Source of the DNA: Gammaproteobacteria bacterium
GTDB lineage: Bacteria; Pseudomonadota; Gammaproteobacteria; Xanthomonadales; SZUA-36
Assembly (NCBI GenBank): GCA_036986175.1
Contig: BTRB01000001.1
Span: 1-50,819 of the forward strand
Length of the DNA stretch: 50,819 nt
Direction: 5' to 3'
Every line of letters begins with the position of its first letter. Positions within the stretch are counted from its first letter, which is position 1. The notes under the pieces were generated by a model. It was not told the DNA's origin, searched no databases, and worked only from the letters and a program-made list of their open reading frames with translations. The position numbers and the translations under genes are program-made. This document shows, piece after piece, positions 40,626-50,232 of the stretch.

Positions 40626-41357
40626 TCAGAGCCGGAATTCTGTGCCGAGATAAACATCGCGTACATCTTTATTTGCAAGGATGATCTCCGGACTGCCCTG
40701 TGCCAAAACCTGCCCTTCATTCAGAATATACGCATGGTGACATATACCGAGCGTTTCCCTGACATTGTGGTCGGTGATCAACACACCAATATCCTGGTCT
40801 ATCAGGTGTTTTACGATTTCCTGGATTTCCCTGACAGAAATCGGATCTACACCTGCGAATGGCTCATCCAGAAGGATAAAGCGCGGCCTGGCAGCCAGTG
40901 CACGGGCAATTTCAACCCTGCGCCGTTCTCCACCTGACAGCACTTGGCCCATCTGGTCGGACAGGTGTGCAACTCCCAGTTCTTCCATCAGTGTTTGCAG
41001 CAACTCATTGCGCTCATCCACGTCCAGGTCGCGATGCAATTCCAGGATAGCCAGGATGTTGTCACGCACCGAAAGTTTGCGAAATACAGAAGCCTCCTGC
41101 GGCAGGTAACCGACGCCGAGGCTGGAGCGGATATTCACCGGTTTGTGGGTAATGTCCACGTCATCCACGGTAATACTCCCTTTGTCGGTCGGGACCAGCC
41201 CTACGATCATGTAAAAGCAGGTTGTTTTGCCGGCGCCATTCGGGCCAAGCAGACCAACGACCTGGCCCGGCTCCACCTCGATGGTTACCCCGCGTACTAC
41301 CTCTTTTTTACGGTAGGATTTGTGTAGGTTGGTAGCCTTGAGCATGTCAGTCGCCAT
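40626..41357 (-). CDS. lptB: LPS export ABC transporter ATPase LptB
   Basis: 243 aa from ATG 41357 ([15 protein letters not shown], matching E. coli MATLTAKNLAKAY). Walker A is GPNGAGKTT, the signature is [15 protein letters not shown] and Walker B is [11 protein letters not shown]. The ORF-track extension to 41555 is rejected. Confidence 0.9.
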   Translation of the reverse strand: MATDMLKATNLHKSYRKKEVVRGVTIEVEPGQVVGLLGPNGAGKTTCFYMIVGLVPTDKGSITVDDVDITHKPVNIRSSLGVGYLPQEASVFRKLSVRDNILAILELHRDLDVDERNELLQTLMEELGVAHLSDQMGQVLSGGERRRVEIARALAARPRFILLDEPFAGVDPISVREIQEIVKHLIDQDIGVLITDHNVRETLGICHHAYILNEGQVLAQGSPEIILANKDVRDVYLGTEFRL

Positions 41358-42006
41358 CCCCTTCGGAATTGTCCTTGCCGGAATTGTCAGAATTTGATTC
41401 CGCTGCAGGTACCGGAGAGTCTGATATTTTGCTTCCTGGCTGCTTGCTTTCCTCATCGCTGGTTTTGTTGAGAACTTCCGGGTCCAGGCGGATACGAATT
41501 CTGCCATTGCCATTATCAGCGCTGCTGCCTTTAAAATGCTGGATTTTGAGATCATAGATCAGCAATTCACCGGAGATCTGGTACTGAGGATGCTGAACGT
41601 CGGCATCACCTTTCAGTGTCACCAGGCCATTGGCAACCTGGTAGTCAATAACCCTGGCGGTCGCCTTGACCATTCCCTGTTTTTCAATCTCCTGTTCAAG
41701 AAATGCCGGTTGGCCCCGGAATATCACGGATTGTACCCGTCCGTCGACTTTCTTTACCTCGGCCTCATCGGCCGTTATGTGCAAGGTTCCCTGGCGGATT
41801 TCAACATCCCCGCGCATAGTGGTTATGCCATCACCCAGCATGCCGTCAGTGGAACTGGCGTTGATCTCCAGGGGTTGTTGCCGATCGGACTCCAGAGCCT
41901 GCGAAGACGAACTTAGAATCAGGCTGAAAGTCAACAGACACAACATTAGCCAAAGGCGGAATTGCGTGATGGGCTGGCGGTTAATCAACTGCATAAATAG
42001 CTTCAA
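41347..42006 (-). CDS. lptA: LPS transport periplasmic protein LptA (canonical copy) with an acidic Ser-rich C-terminal tail
   Basis: A signal peptide is followed by an OstA fold ([60 protein letters not shown]). It sits between lptC and lptB. ATG 41994 is an alternative start. Confidence 0.85.
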   Translation of the reverse strand: MKLFMQLINRQPITQFRLWLMLCLLTFSLILSSSSQALESDRQQPLEINASSTDGMLGDGITTMRGDVEIRQGTLHITADEAEVKKVDGRVQSVIFRGQPAFLEQEIEKQGMVKATARVIDYQVANGLVTLKGDADVQHPQYQISGELLIYDLKIQHFKGSSADNGNGRIRIRLDPEVLNKTSDEESKQPGSKISDSPVPAAESNSDNSGKDNSEGDGD

Positions 42007-42544
42007 CCTGTTGTTTTAATTGAAATGTATCGTTCATCATGTCCAGGTATAAACCCACAGCATCCATGTGGTTGCGCCCGTCAAATAAACTGACCGGCTG
42101 TGCTGTGCTGGCAGTTTGCGGTGTGACCTCTACCATGATCTCACTGGTATTGAACTCAGCGTGGTTACCGGTCAGTACCTCAAGCCTTTGCACATACACC
42201 CTGCCTGATAAATCAACATGCTCCTTATCGGCCGTAATCGTGGCTGAATCCGCTGTCAGTTCCCAGGTAATATCCTGTTGTTGCAGGACCAGCAGCGGAT
42301 TCTCAACAATGCCCAATCCCAACACGGGATCATTGCTCAGAACAGGTGCTTGCATATTTAATGTTACCTTGCCGTTCGTGTCATAAACCTGTAGTTCAAA
42401 GTCGCGTAGTACGTAGTCAAGTTTGGGATCCAGGCCAGCAACCAGTTCGACTGCATCATCTTGCTGTTCGCGGGTGGCCCAAAAGCTGACACTGGTCAGC
42501 AGTACTAATGCAAATATTCCGCGTTGTGTTTTACGACTGATCAT
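41981..42544 (-). CDS. lptC: LPS export system protein LptC
   Basis: 187-aa ORF with an N-terminal TM anchor (GIFALVLLTSVSFWA) and a beta-jellyroll-like remainder. Its ATG overlaps the kdsC stop (ATGA). The order is kdsC-lptC-lptA-lptB. Confidence 0.8.
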   Translation of the reverse strand: MISRKTQRGIFALVLLTSVSFWATREQQDDAVELVAGLDPKLDYVLRDFELQVYDTNGKVTLNMQAPVLSNDPVLGLGIVENPLLVLQQQDITWELTADSATITADKEHVDLSGRVYVQRLEVLTGNHAEFNTSEIMVEVTPQTASTAQPVSLFDGRNHMDAVGLYLDMMNDTFQLKQQVEAIYAVD

Positions 42545-43080
42545 GATGCCAGAATTGCATCCAGAATGATTTTGTCTTTACCTTGTGCGGCCAGTATCAG
42601 GTTGCAAATTTCCCTGACCGCACCCTCACCACCGTTGCGCTGTGTGACCCAGTGGACATGCGCTTTGACATGTTCATCGGCGTCTGCCACCGTGATCGCC
42701 AGCCCGACCCTCAATAAGACCGGTAAATCGATCCAGTCATCACCGGCGAAACATACCTGTTCCGCGTCGAAGCCGGTGGCTTCCAGCAAATGTGTGAAAG
42801 CGTTCAGTTTGTCTTCACGGCCTTGATAGACATGCCGGATGTCCAGCTGGGCCATGCGTTGTGAAACAATCGCAGATTTCCTGCCGGTGATAACTGCCAC
42901 CTCGATTCCACAGCGTTGCAACGCTTTCATACCCAGTCCGTCGCGGGTGTTAAAAGCCTTCATTTCATTGCCGGCGTTATCGAAAAACAACCTGCCATCG
43001 GTCAGAACGCCGTCAACATCCAGCACCAGCAAGCGAATTTTTCCGGCACGTTCCTGCAATGCTGGGTCCATTACTGACAT
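42541..43080 (-). CDS. kdsC: 3-deoxy-D-manno-octulosonate 8-phosphate phosphatase KdsC
   Basis: The HAD motif is LLVLDVDGVLTDG, followed by AFNTRDGLGMKAL and GDDWIDLP. It lies directly after kdsD. Confidence 0.9.
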   Translation of the reverse strand: MSVMDPALQERAGKIRLLVLDVDGVLTDGRLFFDNAGNEMKAFNTRDGLGMKALQRCGIEVAVITGRKSAIVSQRMAQLDIRHVYQGREDKLNAFTHLLEATGFDAEQVCFAGDDWIDLPVLLRVGLAITVADADEHVKAHVHWVTQRNGGEGAVREICNLILAAQGKDKIILDAILAS

Positions 43081-44052
43081 TCAGACCACGCCTGCCTGTA
43101 ACAGATCATGAAAATTAAGCACACCCTGCAAGCGGGATTGTTCATCGACCACCAGCAGTCCCTGGATCTTGTGTTTTTGCAGTAGTTCCACTGCTTCTAC
43201 TGCCAGTGCCGTTGCCAGTATGGATCTGCCGTTGTGGGTCATAACCTCGCTGATAGACGTACTGTGGGGGTCCAGTGCCTGTTCCATGGTGCGGCGAAGA
43301 TCACCGTCGGTATACACACCCAGGACTTTCATGTCGCCAGCGGTGATGGCAACCATACCCAGGCGTTTTCTCGTCATCTCCATGATGGCTTGTGAGAGAC
43401 TGGCGGATTCTGATACGACGGGCATCTCATCACCGCTGTGCATGATGTCCCTGATATGCAAAAGCAGGCGCCTGCCAAGCCGGCCGGCCGGGTGTGAACG
43501 CGCAAAATCTTCCGCGGTAAACCCCCTTGTTTCCAGCAGCGAAACTGCCAGTGCATCACCCATGACCAACGCTGCGGTGGTGCTGGAGGTTGGCGCCAGG
43601 CCCAACGGGCAGGCTTCGGTAGAAACCTCGACATTGATATTTACATTTGCATGCCTGGCCAGTGTAGAAGTGGGCTTGCCGGTCATGGCAATGATACCTA
43701 CGCCGAGGCGTTTGAGTAGCGGAAGTATTTGTTTGACCTCATCGGTTTCACCGGAATTGGATAGTACCAGCACGACATCATCGCCGGTAATCATGCCAAG
43801 GTCACCATGGGAGGCCTCTGCCGGATGAACAAAAAAAGCGGGTGTTCCTGTGCTGGCCAGTGTCGCGGCGATCTTACCGGCAATGTGACCTGATTTTCCC
43901 ATGCCCAGAACGACGACCCGCCCACGGCAGGCGAGAATGGTCTCGCAGGCGCTAACAAATGTATCGTCAATGCGGCTTTCGAGGCTGGCAACGGCGGCGG
44001 CTTCGGTACTGACAACGGCCCGGGCCAGGCTTTTCAGGGCAGTGCTTTCCAT
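43081..44052 (-). CDS. kdsD: Arabinose-5-phosphate isomerase KdsD
   Basis: The SIS domain is VVVLGMGKSGHIAGKIAATLASTGTPAFFVHPAEASHGDLG, and a C-terminal CBS pair follows. Confidence 0.9.
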   Translation of the reverse strand: MESTALKSLARAVVSTEAAAVASLESRIDDTFVSACETILACRGRVVVLGMGKSGHIAGKIAATLASTGTPAFFVHPAEASHGDLGMITGDDVVLVLSNSGETDEVKQILPLLKRLGVGIIAMTGKPTSTLARHANVNINVEVSTEACPLGLAPTSSTTAALVMGDALAVSLLETRGFTAEDFARSHPAGRLGRRLLLHIRDIMHSGDEMPVVSESASLSQAIMEMTRKRLGMVAITAGDMKVLGVYTDGDLRRTMEQALDPHSTSISEVMTHNGRSILATALAVEAVELLQKHKIQGLLVVDEQSRLQGVLNFHDLLQAGVV

Positions 44053-44061
44053 GTGCGTATT

Positions 44062-45051
44062 CTAACCCATTGCTGGCAGGTCTACGCTGCCGGAACTCAT
44101 CCAGACCAGGACAATATAACCGATAAACATGGCCAGCAACACACTGCCAGAGCGTCGGCCGATGCGGCCCGGGCCGCGAAAATCTGAAGCCAACAGGTAC
44201 AACGCACCTGTAATCAGGAACATCGCCGGGAAATCACGTGCCAGGATAATGGGATATATTTGCACCGGGCGCAGCACGGCAGCAATGCCAAGCACACCCA
44301 GCAGATTGAATATGTTGGACCCGATAATATTGCCGATCGCGAGGTCGTCTTCTTTGCGCAAGGCGGCAGTGATAGCGGTTGCGAGTTCCGGCAGACTGGT
44401 TCCGAGAGCCACGATAGTCAAGCCGACAACCACATCCGTTACACCCAGCATCAGGGCGACATGGATTGCACCGTCAACCAGGAACTTCGAACTGACAGGC
44501 AGGACGATCAATCCTACAACGAGCCAGAACAAGGCGACTTTGGGCGGCGTATCCGTTGGGATTTCTGCCTCAAATTCCTCAGCCAGAGGGTCTGAAGGCG
44601 GGCGGCGTAAGCCAATGCGAATAATCCAGAGGATGACTACCAGCAACCCGCCGAGCAAAACCCATCCTTCCGTGCGGCTGTATCCACCGTTGAGACCCAT
44701 CAAAAAAGTCACCAGCATAATCAGCAGCAGCATCGGATATTCGCGTTTCAGTGCTGTGGATTCCAGCCGTAGTGGATATATTAATGCAGTCGCACCTAAC
44801 ACCAGGCCTATATTGGCGATATTTGATCCTATGGCATTACCCACAGCGAGTCCCGAATTTCCTTGCAGGGTCGCAACGGCCGAAACAACCAATTCGGGTG
44901 CTGAAGTGCCAAAGCCGATAATGGTCAGGCCAATAACCAGCGGAGACACGCCAAGGTTGCGTGCGGTTGCAGATGCACCTGCAACCAGTCGGTCTGCGCC
45001 CCAAACCAGCAAAAGGAATCCAGCGGCCAATTGTATGACGGCTGTCAGCAT
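44062..45051 (-). CDS. yrbG: CaCA-family sodium/calcium antiporter (YrbG-like)
   Basis: Two alpha-repeats are present, GFGTSAPELVVS and ALGTSLPELATA, in a polytopic protein. It lies upstream of kdsD as in E. coli. Confidence 0.85.
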   Translation of the reverse strand: MLTAVIQLAAGFLLLVWGADRLVAGASATARNLGVSPLVIGLTIIGFGTSAPELVVSAVATLQGNSGLAVGNAIGSNIANIGLVLGATALIYPLRLESTALKREYPMLLLIMLVTFLMGLNGGYSRTEGWVLLGGLLVVILWIIRIGLRRPPSDPLAEEFEAEIPTDTPPKVALFWLVVGLIVLPVSSKFLVDGAIHVALMLGVTDVVVGLTIVALGTSLPELATAITAALRKEDDLAIGNIIGSNIFNLLGVLGIAAVLRPVQIYPIILARDFPAMFLITGALYLLASDFRGPGRIGRRSGSVLLAMFIGYIVLVWMSSGSVDLPAMG

Positions 45052-45268
45052 ACCGGCTGATGGCCCAAATCGGTATTTCTCTGGCGGGTCTTAAGCGCAA
45101 TTAACATATACGGGGAGTTCTTAATGACGATAGAATCCACTATTATAGTCGCTCCTGAAAGTTCAATACCGTTCGTCCACCGGACAATCGGTCAATGGTC
45201 ATTAGACGGTTTTCCAGCCCGATGATTCTTTGCAGTGAGCAACTGCTTAATATAGAGGATGATAGTCT

Positions 45269-45493
45269 ATGGATAGCACAACAATAGCGCAAATAATACG
45301 TGCAGGTATTCCTGATGCCGAAGTCGATGTCAGTGGCAGTGATGGCGTTCATTATGAAGCCGTGGTCCGCAGCGGTTCATTTGCAGGCAAGTCCACGCTG
45401 CAGCGGCACCGACTGGTTTTTGCGACACTGGGCGAGTTGATGGGAAATGAGATTCATGCGCTCAGCTTGCGCACGGAGTTGCCTGATACTTGA
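45269..45493 (+). CDS. ibaG: BolA-family protein IbaG (YrbA)
   Basis: 74-aa ORF. DGVHYEAVVRSGSFAGKSTLQRHRLVFATLGELMGNEIHALSLRT is a BolA-like fold signature. It is divergent from yrbG. Confidence 0.75.
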   Translation: MDSTTIAQIIRAGIPDAEVDVSGSDGVHYEAVVRSGSFAGKSTLQRHRLVFATLGELMGNEIHALSLRTELPDT

Positions 45494-45519
45494 ACAAAAC
45501 TGATAAGGTGTAAACGAAT

Positions 45520-46200
45520 TTACTGAAACGTGCCATCGTGGTTCATTTGCAGCGGTTGTTTCAGCACGTGATTCTCATACATCAAGTCACCGGCGTCGAA
45601 GCGGACTTTACCTTTGCAGAATTGATCAACGGTTGCCACCAGTAGTTTATGCTCCAGCGGGCCCAGTCTTTTGCCCAGTGATGTGGCATCATCGCCGGTC
45701 TTGACAGGTATCCTGACTTGCGAGATGACCGGGCCCGCATCCAGACCAGGCGTAACAAGGTGGATGCTGGCACCGGTTTCCTGATCGTCTGCCTTTAGAA
45801 CTCGAGCATAGGTGTCAAGGCCTTTATACAACGGTAAAAGCGAAGGGTGCAGGTTGATCATGCAGCCATTGAACCTGGCGGTGAAGATTTCTCCGAGGAT
45901 GCGCATGTAGCCGGCCAGGATGACAAGTTCTGCCTGATCCTTGTCAAGGACACGGACAACCGCGTCATCGTGTGCCTGGCGGTCAGGGTAAGCATTATGG
46001 CTGATGATGCTGACCGGTATGGCTGCCGCCCTGGCATACTTAATACCGCCGGCCAGGGCGCGGTTAGAAACGACCCGCACAATATCCAGTTCAAGCTTAC
46101 CGGACTTTACGGCATCAATTAGCGCTTTGAGGTTGCTGCCGGTACCGGAAATGAGCACGGCAGCTTTCAGGTTGCCCTGCTCTGTCGACGTGTGCTTCAT
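45520..46200 (-). CDS. purN: Phosphoribosylglycinamide formyltransferase PurN
   Basis: Motifs are AVLISGTGSNLKALIDA and INLHPSLLPLYKG. Its ATG overlaps the purM stop (ATGA). Confidence 0.9.
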   Translation of the reverse strand: MKHTSTEQGNLKAAVLISGTGSNLKALIDAVKSGKLELDIVRVVSNRALAGGIKYARAAAIPVSIISHNAYPDRQAHDDAVVRVLDKDQAELVILAGYMRILGEIFTARFNGCMINLHPSLLPLYKGLDTYARVLKADDQETGASIHLVTPGLDAGPVISQVRIPVKTGDDATSLGKRLGPLEHKLLVATVDQFCKGKVRFDAGDLMYENHVLKQPLQMNHDGTFQ

Positions 46201-47267
46201 GAGCGAATATAGGTGACGCGCGATTCACCCTCATCACGTTTGACCACCCTGCCGAGGCGGTAGACCGCTTCCCCCGCTGACGTCAGCGTATGAAAAATAT
46301 CATCTGCGGAATCCTCGTTCATCAGTATCGCCATGCCAATGCCGCAGTTGAATGTACGTAACATCTCTGCTTCATCAATTTGGCCGATATTTTGTAACCA
46401 CTTGAATACTGTAGGAAAGGCCCACGCGGACAGGTCAATTTCCAGCCCCAACTCATCGGGTATTACCCGAATGATGTTTTCGCTGATACCACCGCCGGTA
46501 ATATGCGCCAGGCCATCTAGCGTGTACCGTTCGATCAACGGCAGCAGTGCGTTTACATAAATCCTGGTCGGCGCCAGCAATGCTTCGCAAAGCGATTGTC
46601 CATCATGGGTGCCATCAAGAGACATACCCGGATCACCCCCGAATCGCTCCAGCACTTTGCGGATGAGAGAATAGCCATTGGAGTGCGGCCCGGAAGATTG
46701 TAGCCCCAGAACACAATGGCCAGCCTTGATACGGCTGCCGTCGATCAACTGTGGCCGGTCAACAACACCCACTGCAAACCCCGCCAGGTCATATTCGTCC
46801 TCGCCATACATACCTGGCATTTCAGCCGTTTCGCCACCGATCAGCGCACAGCCGGCCTGTCGGCAGCCTTCGGCAATGCCCTCAATGACTTCCAGGGCAT
46901 TGTCAATTCTCAGTTTTCCAGTGGCGTAGTAATCCAGAAAAAACAATGGCTCTGCGCCGCATGTGAGAATGTCATTGACACACATGGCAACCAGGTCGAT
47001 ACCGATCGTGTCATGGATATTAAGTTGCCTGGCCAGCAGCAGCTTGGTACCGACACCGTCTGTGCCGGAGACCAGCAAGGGTTCTTTGTAACGCCGGGTG
47101 TCGAGTTGGAACAGGCCGCCAAAGCCACCCAGTCCGGTGACCACGCCGCTGCGGTTGGTAGACTTGACCGCAGGCTTTATCCGCTCCACCAATTCATTGC
47201 CGGCGTCAATGTCTACACCTGCGTCAAGGTAACTCAATGGCGAAGTATTTTCCGGTTTAGTATTCAA
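46197..47267 (-). CDS. purM: Phosphoribosylformylglycinamidine cyclo-ligase (AIR synthetase) PurM
   Basis: 356-aa ORF with YLDAGVDIDAGN, SGTDGVGTKLLLA and the AIRS C-terminal domain. Confidence 0.95.
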   Translation of the reverse strand: MNTKPENTSPLSYLDAGVDIDAGNELVERIKPAVKSTNRSGVVTGLGGFGGLFQLDTRRYKEPLLVSGTDGVGTKLLLARQLNIHDTIGIDLVAMCVNDILTCGAEPLFFLDYYATGKLRIDNALEVIEGIAEGCRQAGCALIGGETAEMPGMYGEDEYDLAGFAVGVVDRPQLIDGSRIKAGHCVLGLQSSGPHSNGYSLIRKVLERFGGDPGMSLDGTHDGQSLCEALLAPTRIYVNALLPLIERYTLDGLAHITGGGISENIIRVIPDELGLEIDLSAWAFPTVFKWLQNIGQIDEAEMLRTFNCGIGMAILMNEDSADDIFHTLTSAGEAVYRLGRVVKRDEGESRVTYIRS

Positions 47268-47388
47268 TGCCGGGTCCGTTTATGCATGCGAATTCATAAC
47301 GTCCTATGGTATCTTATAAAGGAGTTCATGATCTATTTGTAAGTGAACAATTAGCTCTCACAGGGCCTGTTCCCGCCCGGTAATACAG

Positions 47389-48420
47389 ATGAAAAAAATA
47401 TTGCTGACAATTCTTATCCTGTATCTGGTAACGGGTGATGCAGTTGCTGAATTCGACCTGTATTCCGGCGAGGTTGTTGTGCCAAGTCAAAGTGAAGATG
47501 ATCGCAATGAGGCGATACCCGAAGCACTGATCCAGGTTTTGCAGAAACTCAGTGGCCAGCGTGAAATGCCGATCTCGCTATCACTGGATGAGGCACTCGA
47601 TAATGCTGACCGTATACTGCTTTCATTCCGCTATAAAAATGTCGAGCGGGTCGGGTCTGATGGCAGCATCAAACAGGAGTTACGGTTAGTAGCGAGTTTC
47701 ATGCAGCATGAAATTGACAGGGTTGTGCAGCAAATCGGTCTGCCCCGCTGGCAGCAGGAACGGCCACCGGTACAGATCTGGGTGATCCTTGATGATGGCC
47801 GCGGCAGGCAGTTAAAGCCGGTCGAGTACGAATATGCCTGGGAGGCGATGGAAGATGTGGCGGCGTTGCGGGGATTGCCTGTCATATGGCCTGATCTGGA
47901 CGAGGAAGAGGTACAATTGATCGATATGGGCCTGGTTTGGGGTGGCTTTACCGACTACCTGGTTGAACGGGGCGCTCCGGAAGACGGCGTCGCGATCATT
48001 GCTGCCCGGCGCGAAGGACCGCAGTGGACATTGCGCTGGAACCTGGCCGCCGGAGGGCAATTCTGGAGTTGGCGGAATGCTGACCCTGAGCTGATATTCG
48101 CATTGGTGGATGGCATCCACGAAATGACCGACCAGATTGCGGCCGCCAATACGATTACGGCCTCGCAACAGGAACAATGGACTGTCGGTATCACGGTTGG
48201 TAAATTGCTCAGCGCCGGTGATTACGCACGTGCGCTGGAGTATTTGCAGGGCCTGAACCTGGTTACTGCTGTAGATATCCTTGGGGCAGAGCCCGGTGTC
48301 GTGCATTTTCGCCTGCAGCTCAATGCTTCGCCAGAGTACCTGATTGAAGTATTCAACCGCGGTTCTGTATTGATGCCTGCAAGATTCGGGAGTAACTATG
48401 AATATGAGTTTTTACCCTGA
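47389..48420 (+). CDS. Secreted DUF2066-like protein
   Basis: 343-aa ORF with a signal peptide MKKILLTILILYLVTGDAVA. Its position divergent from purM and upstream of perM-hda matches the DUF2066 genes of Pseudomonas-type genomes, from memory. Confidence 0.5.
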   Translation: MKKILLTILILYLVTGDAVAEFDLYSGEVVVPSQSEDDRNEAIPEALIQVLQKLSGQREMPISLSLDEALDNADRILLSFRYKNVERVGSDGSIKQELRLVASFMQHEIDRVVQQIGLPRWQQERPPVQIWVILDDGRGRQLKPVEYEYAWEAMEDVAALRGLPVIWPDLDEEEVQLIDMGLVWGGFTDYLVERGAPEDGVAIIAARREGPQWTLRWNLAAGGQFWSWRNADPELIFALVDGIHEMTDQIAAANTITASQQEQWTVGITVGKLLSAGDYARALEYLQGLNLVTAVDILGAEPGVVHFRLQLNASPEYLIEVFNRGSVLMPARFGSNYEYEFLP

Positions 48421-49508
48421 TGATAACTGACTCACGCAGTTGGCTTTTACTGGCATTGCTGGTTGGTGGTGGCTGGCTGGTTTATTTGCTGGCACCGGTG
48501 ATCACACCTTTTGCCGTTTCAGCCGTTCTGGCCTATTTTGGTGATCCGCTGGTTGACCGCCTGGAGAAGGTATCCATATGGCGCTGGAAAGTGGGCAGAA
48601 CCCTGGCCGTCAGTAGTGTATTTATTCTGTTGTTGTCGCTACTGACCGTGGTCTTGTTGATCCTGATTCCATTGCTGGCTGATCAGATCCGCCTGCTGGT
48701 TGAACGCCTGCCGGAATGGATTGAATGGTTCTCCGGTACGGTGTTGCCCTGGCTCGCAAGCAAGGTGGGATTGGAGTTGCAGGGTTTTGATCCGGCCCAG
48801 TTTTCCGACATGCTGAAGGAATACTGGAAAGAAATTGGTTCGGCTACTTTTAACGTTATTGACTTTATCTCACGCGGCAGCATGGCCGTGGCGACCTGGC
48901 TGACGCACCTCGTGCTGATTCCGGTCGTCACGTTTTACCTGTTGCGGGACTGGGATTTACTTGTCCGGGGCATACACGACTTATTGCCACGTAATGTGGA
49001 AGGTGAAATCAGTGCTCTGGCGGCCGAAGTGGATGAAGTACTGGGCGCGTTCTTCCGTGGACAATTGATGGTCATGCTCGCGCTGGGGGCGATTTATTCT
49101 ATCGGCTTGTCCATGGTCGGCATCGAACTGGCGGTGCTGATTGGAATAGGAGCCGGCCTGCTCAGTATTGTGCCTTACCTGGGGTCAATTGTCGGTGTGT
49201 TGGTCGCGGCCGGCGCGGCCGTTTTTCAGTTTCAGGACTGGTTCCACCTGCTTATGGTACTGGTCGTTTTTGCTGTCGGCCAGTCTGCTGAAGGAATGTA
49301 CCTGACGCCGAAACTGGTTGGTGACCGGATCGGTCTGCATCCGGTGACCGTTATCTTTGCGGTGTTGGCCGGAGGGCAGTTATTTGGATTCCTGGGAATT
49401 TTGCTGGCCTTGCCGGTGGCAGCAGCACTCAACGTCCTGGTTCGCCACGCACATAAAAAATACCGGCAAAGTGATATCTATAACCTGTCCTCAGGCGGAG
49501 ATGGTTGA
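48420..49508 (+). CDS. AI-2E family transporter (PerM/YdiK-like)
   Basis: 362-aa polytopic ORF whose ATG overlaps the previous stop (TGATG). The conserved C-terminal blocks are GLLSIVPYLGSIVG and LHPVTVIFAVLAGGQLFGFLGILLALP. Confidence 0.75.
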   Translation: MITDSRSWLLLALLVGGGWLVYLLAPVITPFAVSAVLAYFGDPLVDRLEKVSIWRWKVGRTLAVSSVFILLLSLLTVVLLILIPLLADQIRLLVERLPEWIEWFSGTVLPWLASKVGLELQGFDPAQFSDMLKEYWKEIGSATFNVIDFISRGSMAVATWLTHLVLIPVVTFYLLRDWDLLVRGIHDLLPRNVEGEISALAAEVDEVLGAFFRGQLMVMLALGAIYSIGLSMVGIELAVLIGIGAGLLSIVPYLGSIVGVLVAAGAAVFQFQDWFHLLMVLVVFAVGQSAEGMYLTPKLVGDRIGLHPVTVIFAVLAGGQLFGFLGILLALPVAAALNVLVRHAHKKYRQSDIYNLSSGGDG

Positions 49509-49514
49509 ACAGAC

Positions 49515-50231
49515 ATGTTGTTCTCGCCACAAATCCCGTTGCAACTGATACCCCGGCACGATTGTCGTTTTGACGACTATATTGCAGGGCCGAATGAGGC
49601 GGTCGTCAAGGCTTTGAAGCAGTTAGCGGATGATCCTGGCTCGCATGTTTTTCTGTTTGGTGACCAGGGCAGTGGCAAGACCCACTTACTCAACGCCTTG
49701 TGCCATGAGACCCGAGAGCAGCAGGGGCGTGCTTTTTACCTTGCTTTAAAGCGCTTACCCAAAGATGCGATTGCATCCTTGCAAGGCCTGGAGGAACTGG
49801 ATCTCGTGTGCGTGGATGACCTGCATGTCATTGCCGGCGATGAGGCCTGGGAAGAGGCTCTGTTCCATTGTTTCAACCGCATCAGGGAGGCCAATGGGCG
49901 GTTGGTCATTAGCAGCCGTGAACGCCTGTCTGCTTTGAATCTTGGCCTGCCCGACCTGGCCTCAAGACTGGCCTGGGGTTTACGCCTGCAACTGATGCCG
50001 CTTGAGGATCAGGATAAGCTGGCAGTCATTAAGTTACGCAGCGACGCCCTGGGTATCAGCTTGCCTTTTGAAATTCGGCAGTATTTACTGAAACGCCATG
50101 ACCGGAGCATGGCCGCATTGATGGAAACCGTGGAAAACCTGCAGCGTGCAGCTTTAATCCATAAACGGCGAATTACCGTGCCGTTCGTTCGTGAAGTGCT
50201 TAAAGTAGCAAGCCTGGCAAAGGAACAATAG
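49515..50231 (+). CDS. hda: DnaA regulatory inactivator Hda
   Basis: 238-aa ORF with the AAA+ Walker A LFGDQGSGKTHLLNALCHE and DDLH (box II). Size and context are typical of Hda. Confidence 0.8.
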   Translation: MLFSPQIPLQLIPRHDCRFDDYIAGPNEAVVKALKQLADDPGSHVFLFGDQGSGKTHLLNALCHETREQQGRAFYLALKRLPKDAIASLQGLEELDLVCVDDLHVIAGDEAWEEALFHCFNRIREANGRLVISSRERLSALNLGLPDLASRLAWGLRLQLMPLEDQDKLAVIKLRSDALGISLPFEIRQYLLKRHDRSMAALMETVENLQRAALIHKRRITVPFVREVLKVASLAKEQ

Positions 50232-50232
50232 T

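Noticed and set aside
44129-45094. 321-aa plus-strand ORF, one of the longest in the track.
   Set aside because: It is fully antisense to the well-supported yrbG antiporter gene. Its composition is dominated by Ser, Arg, Pro and Thr with no recognisable motif. It is a typical shadow ORF.
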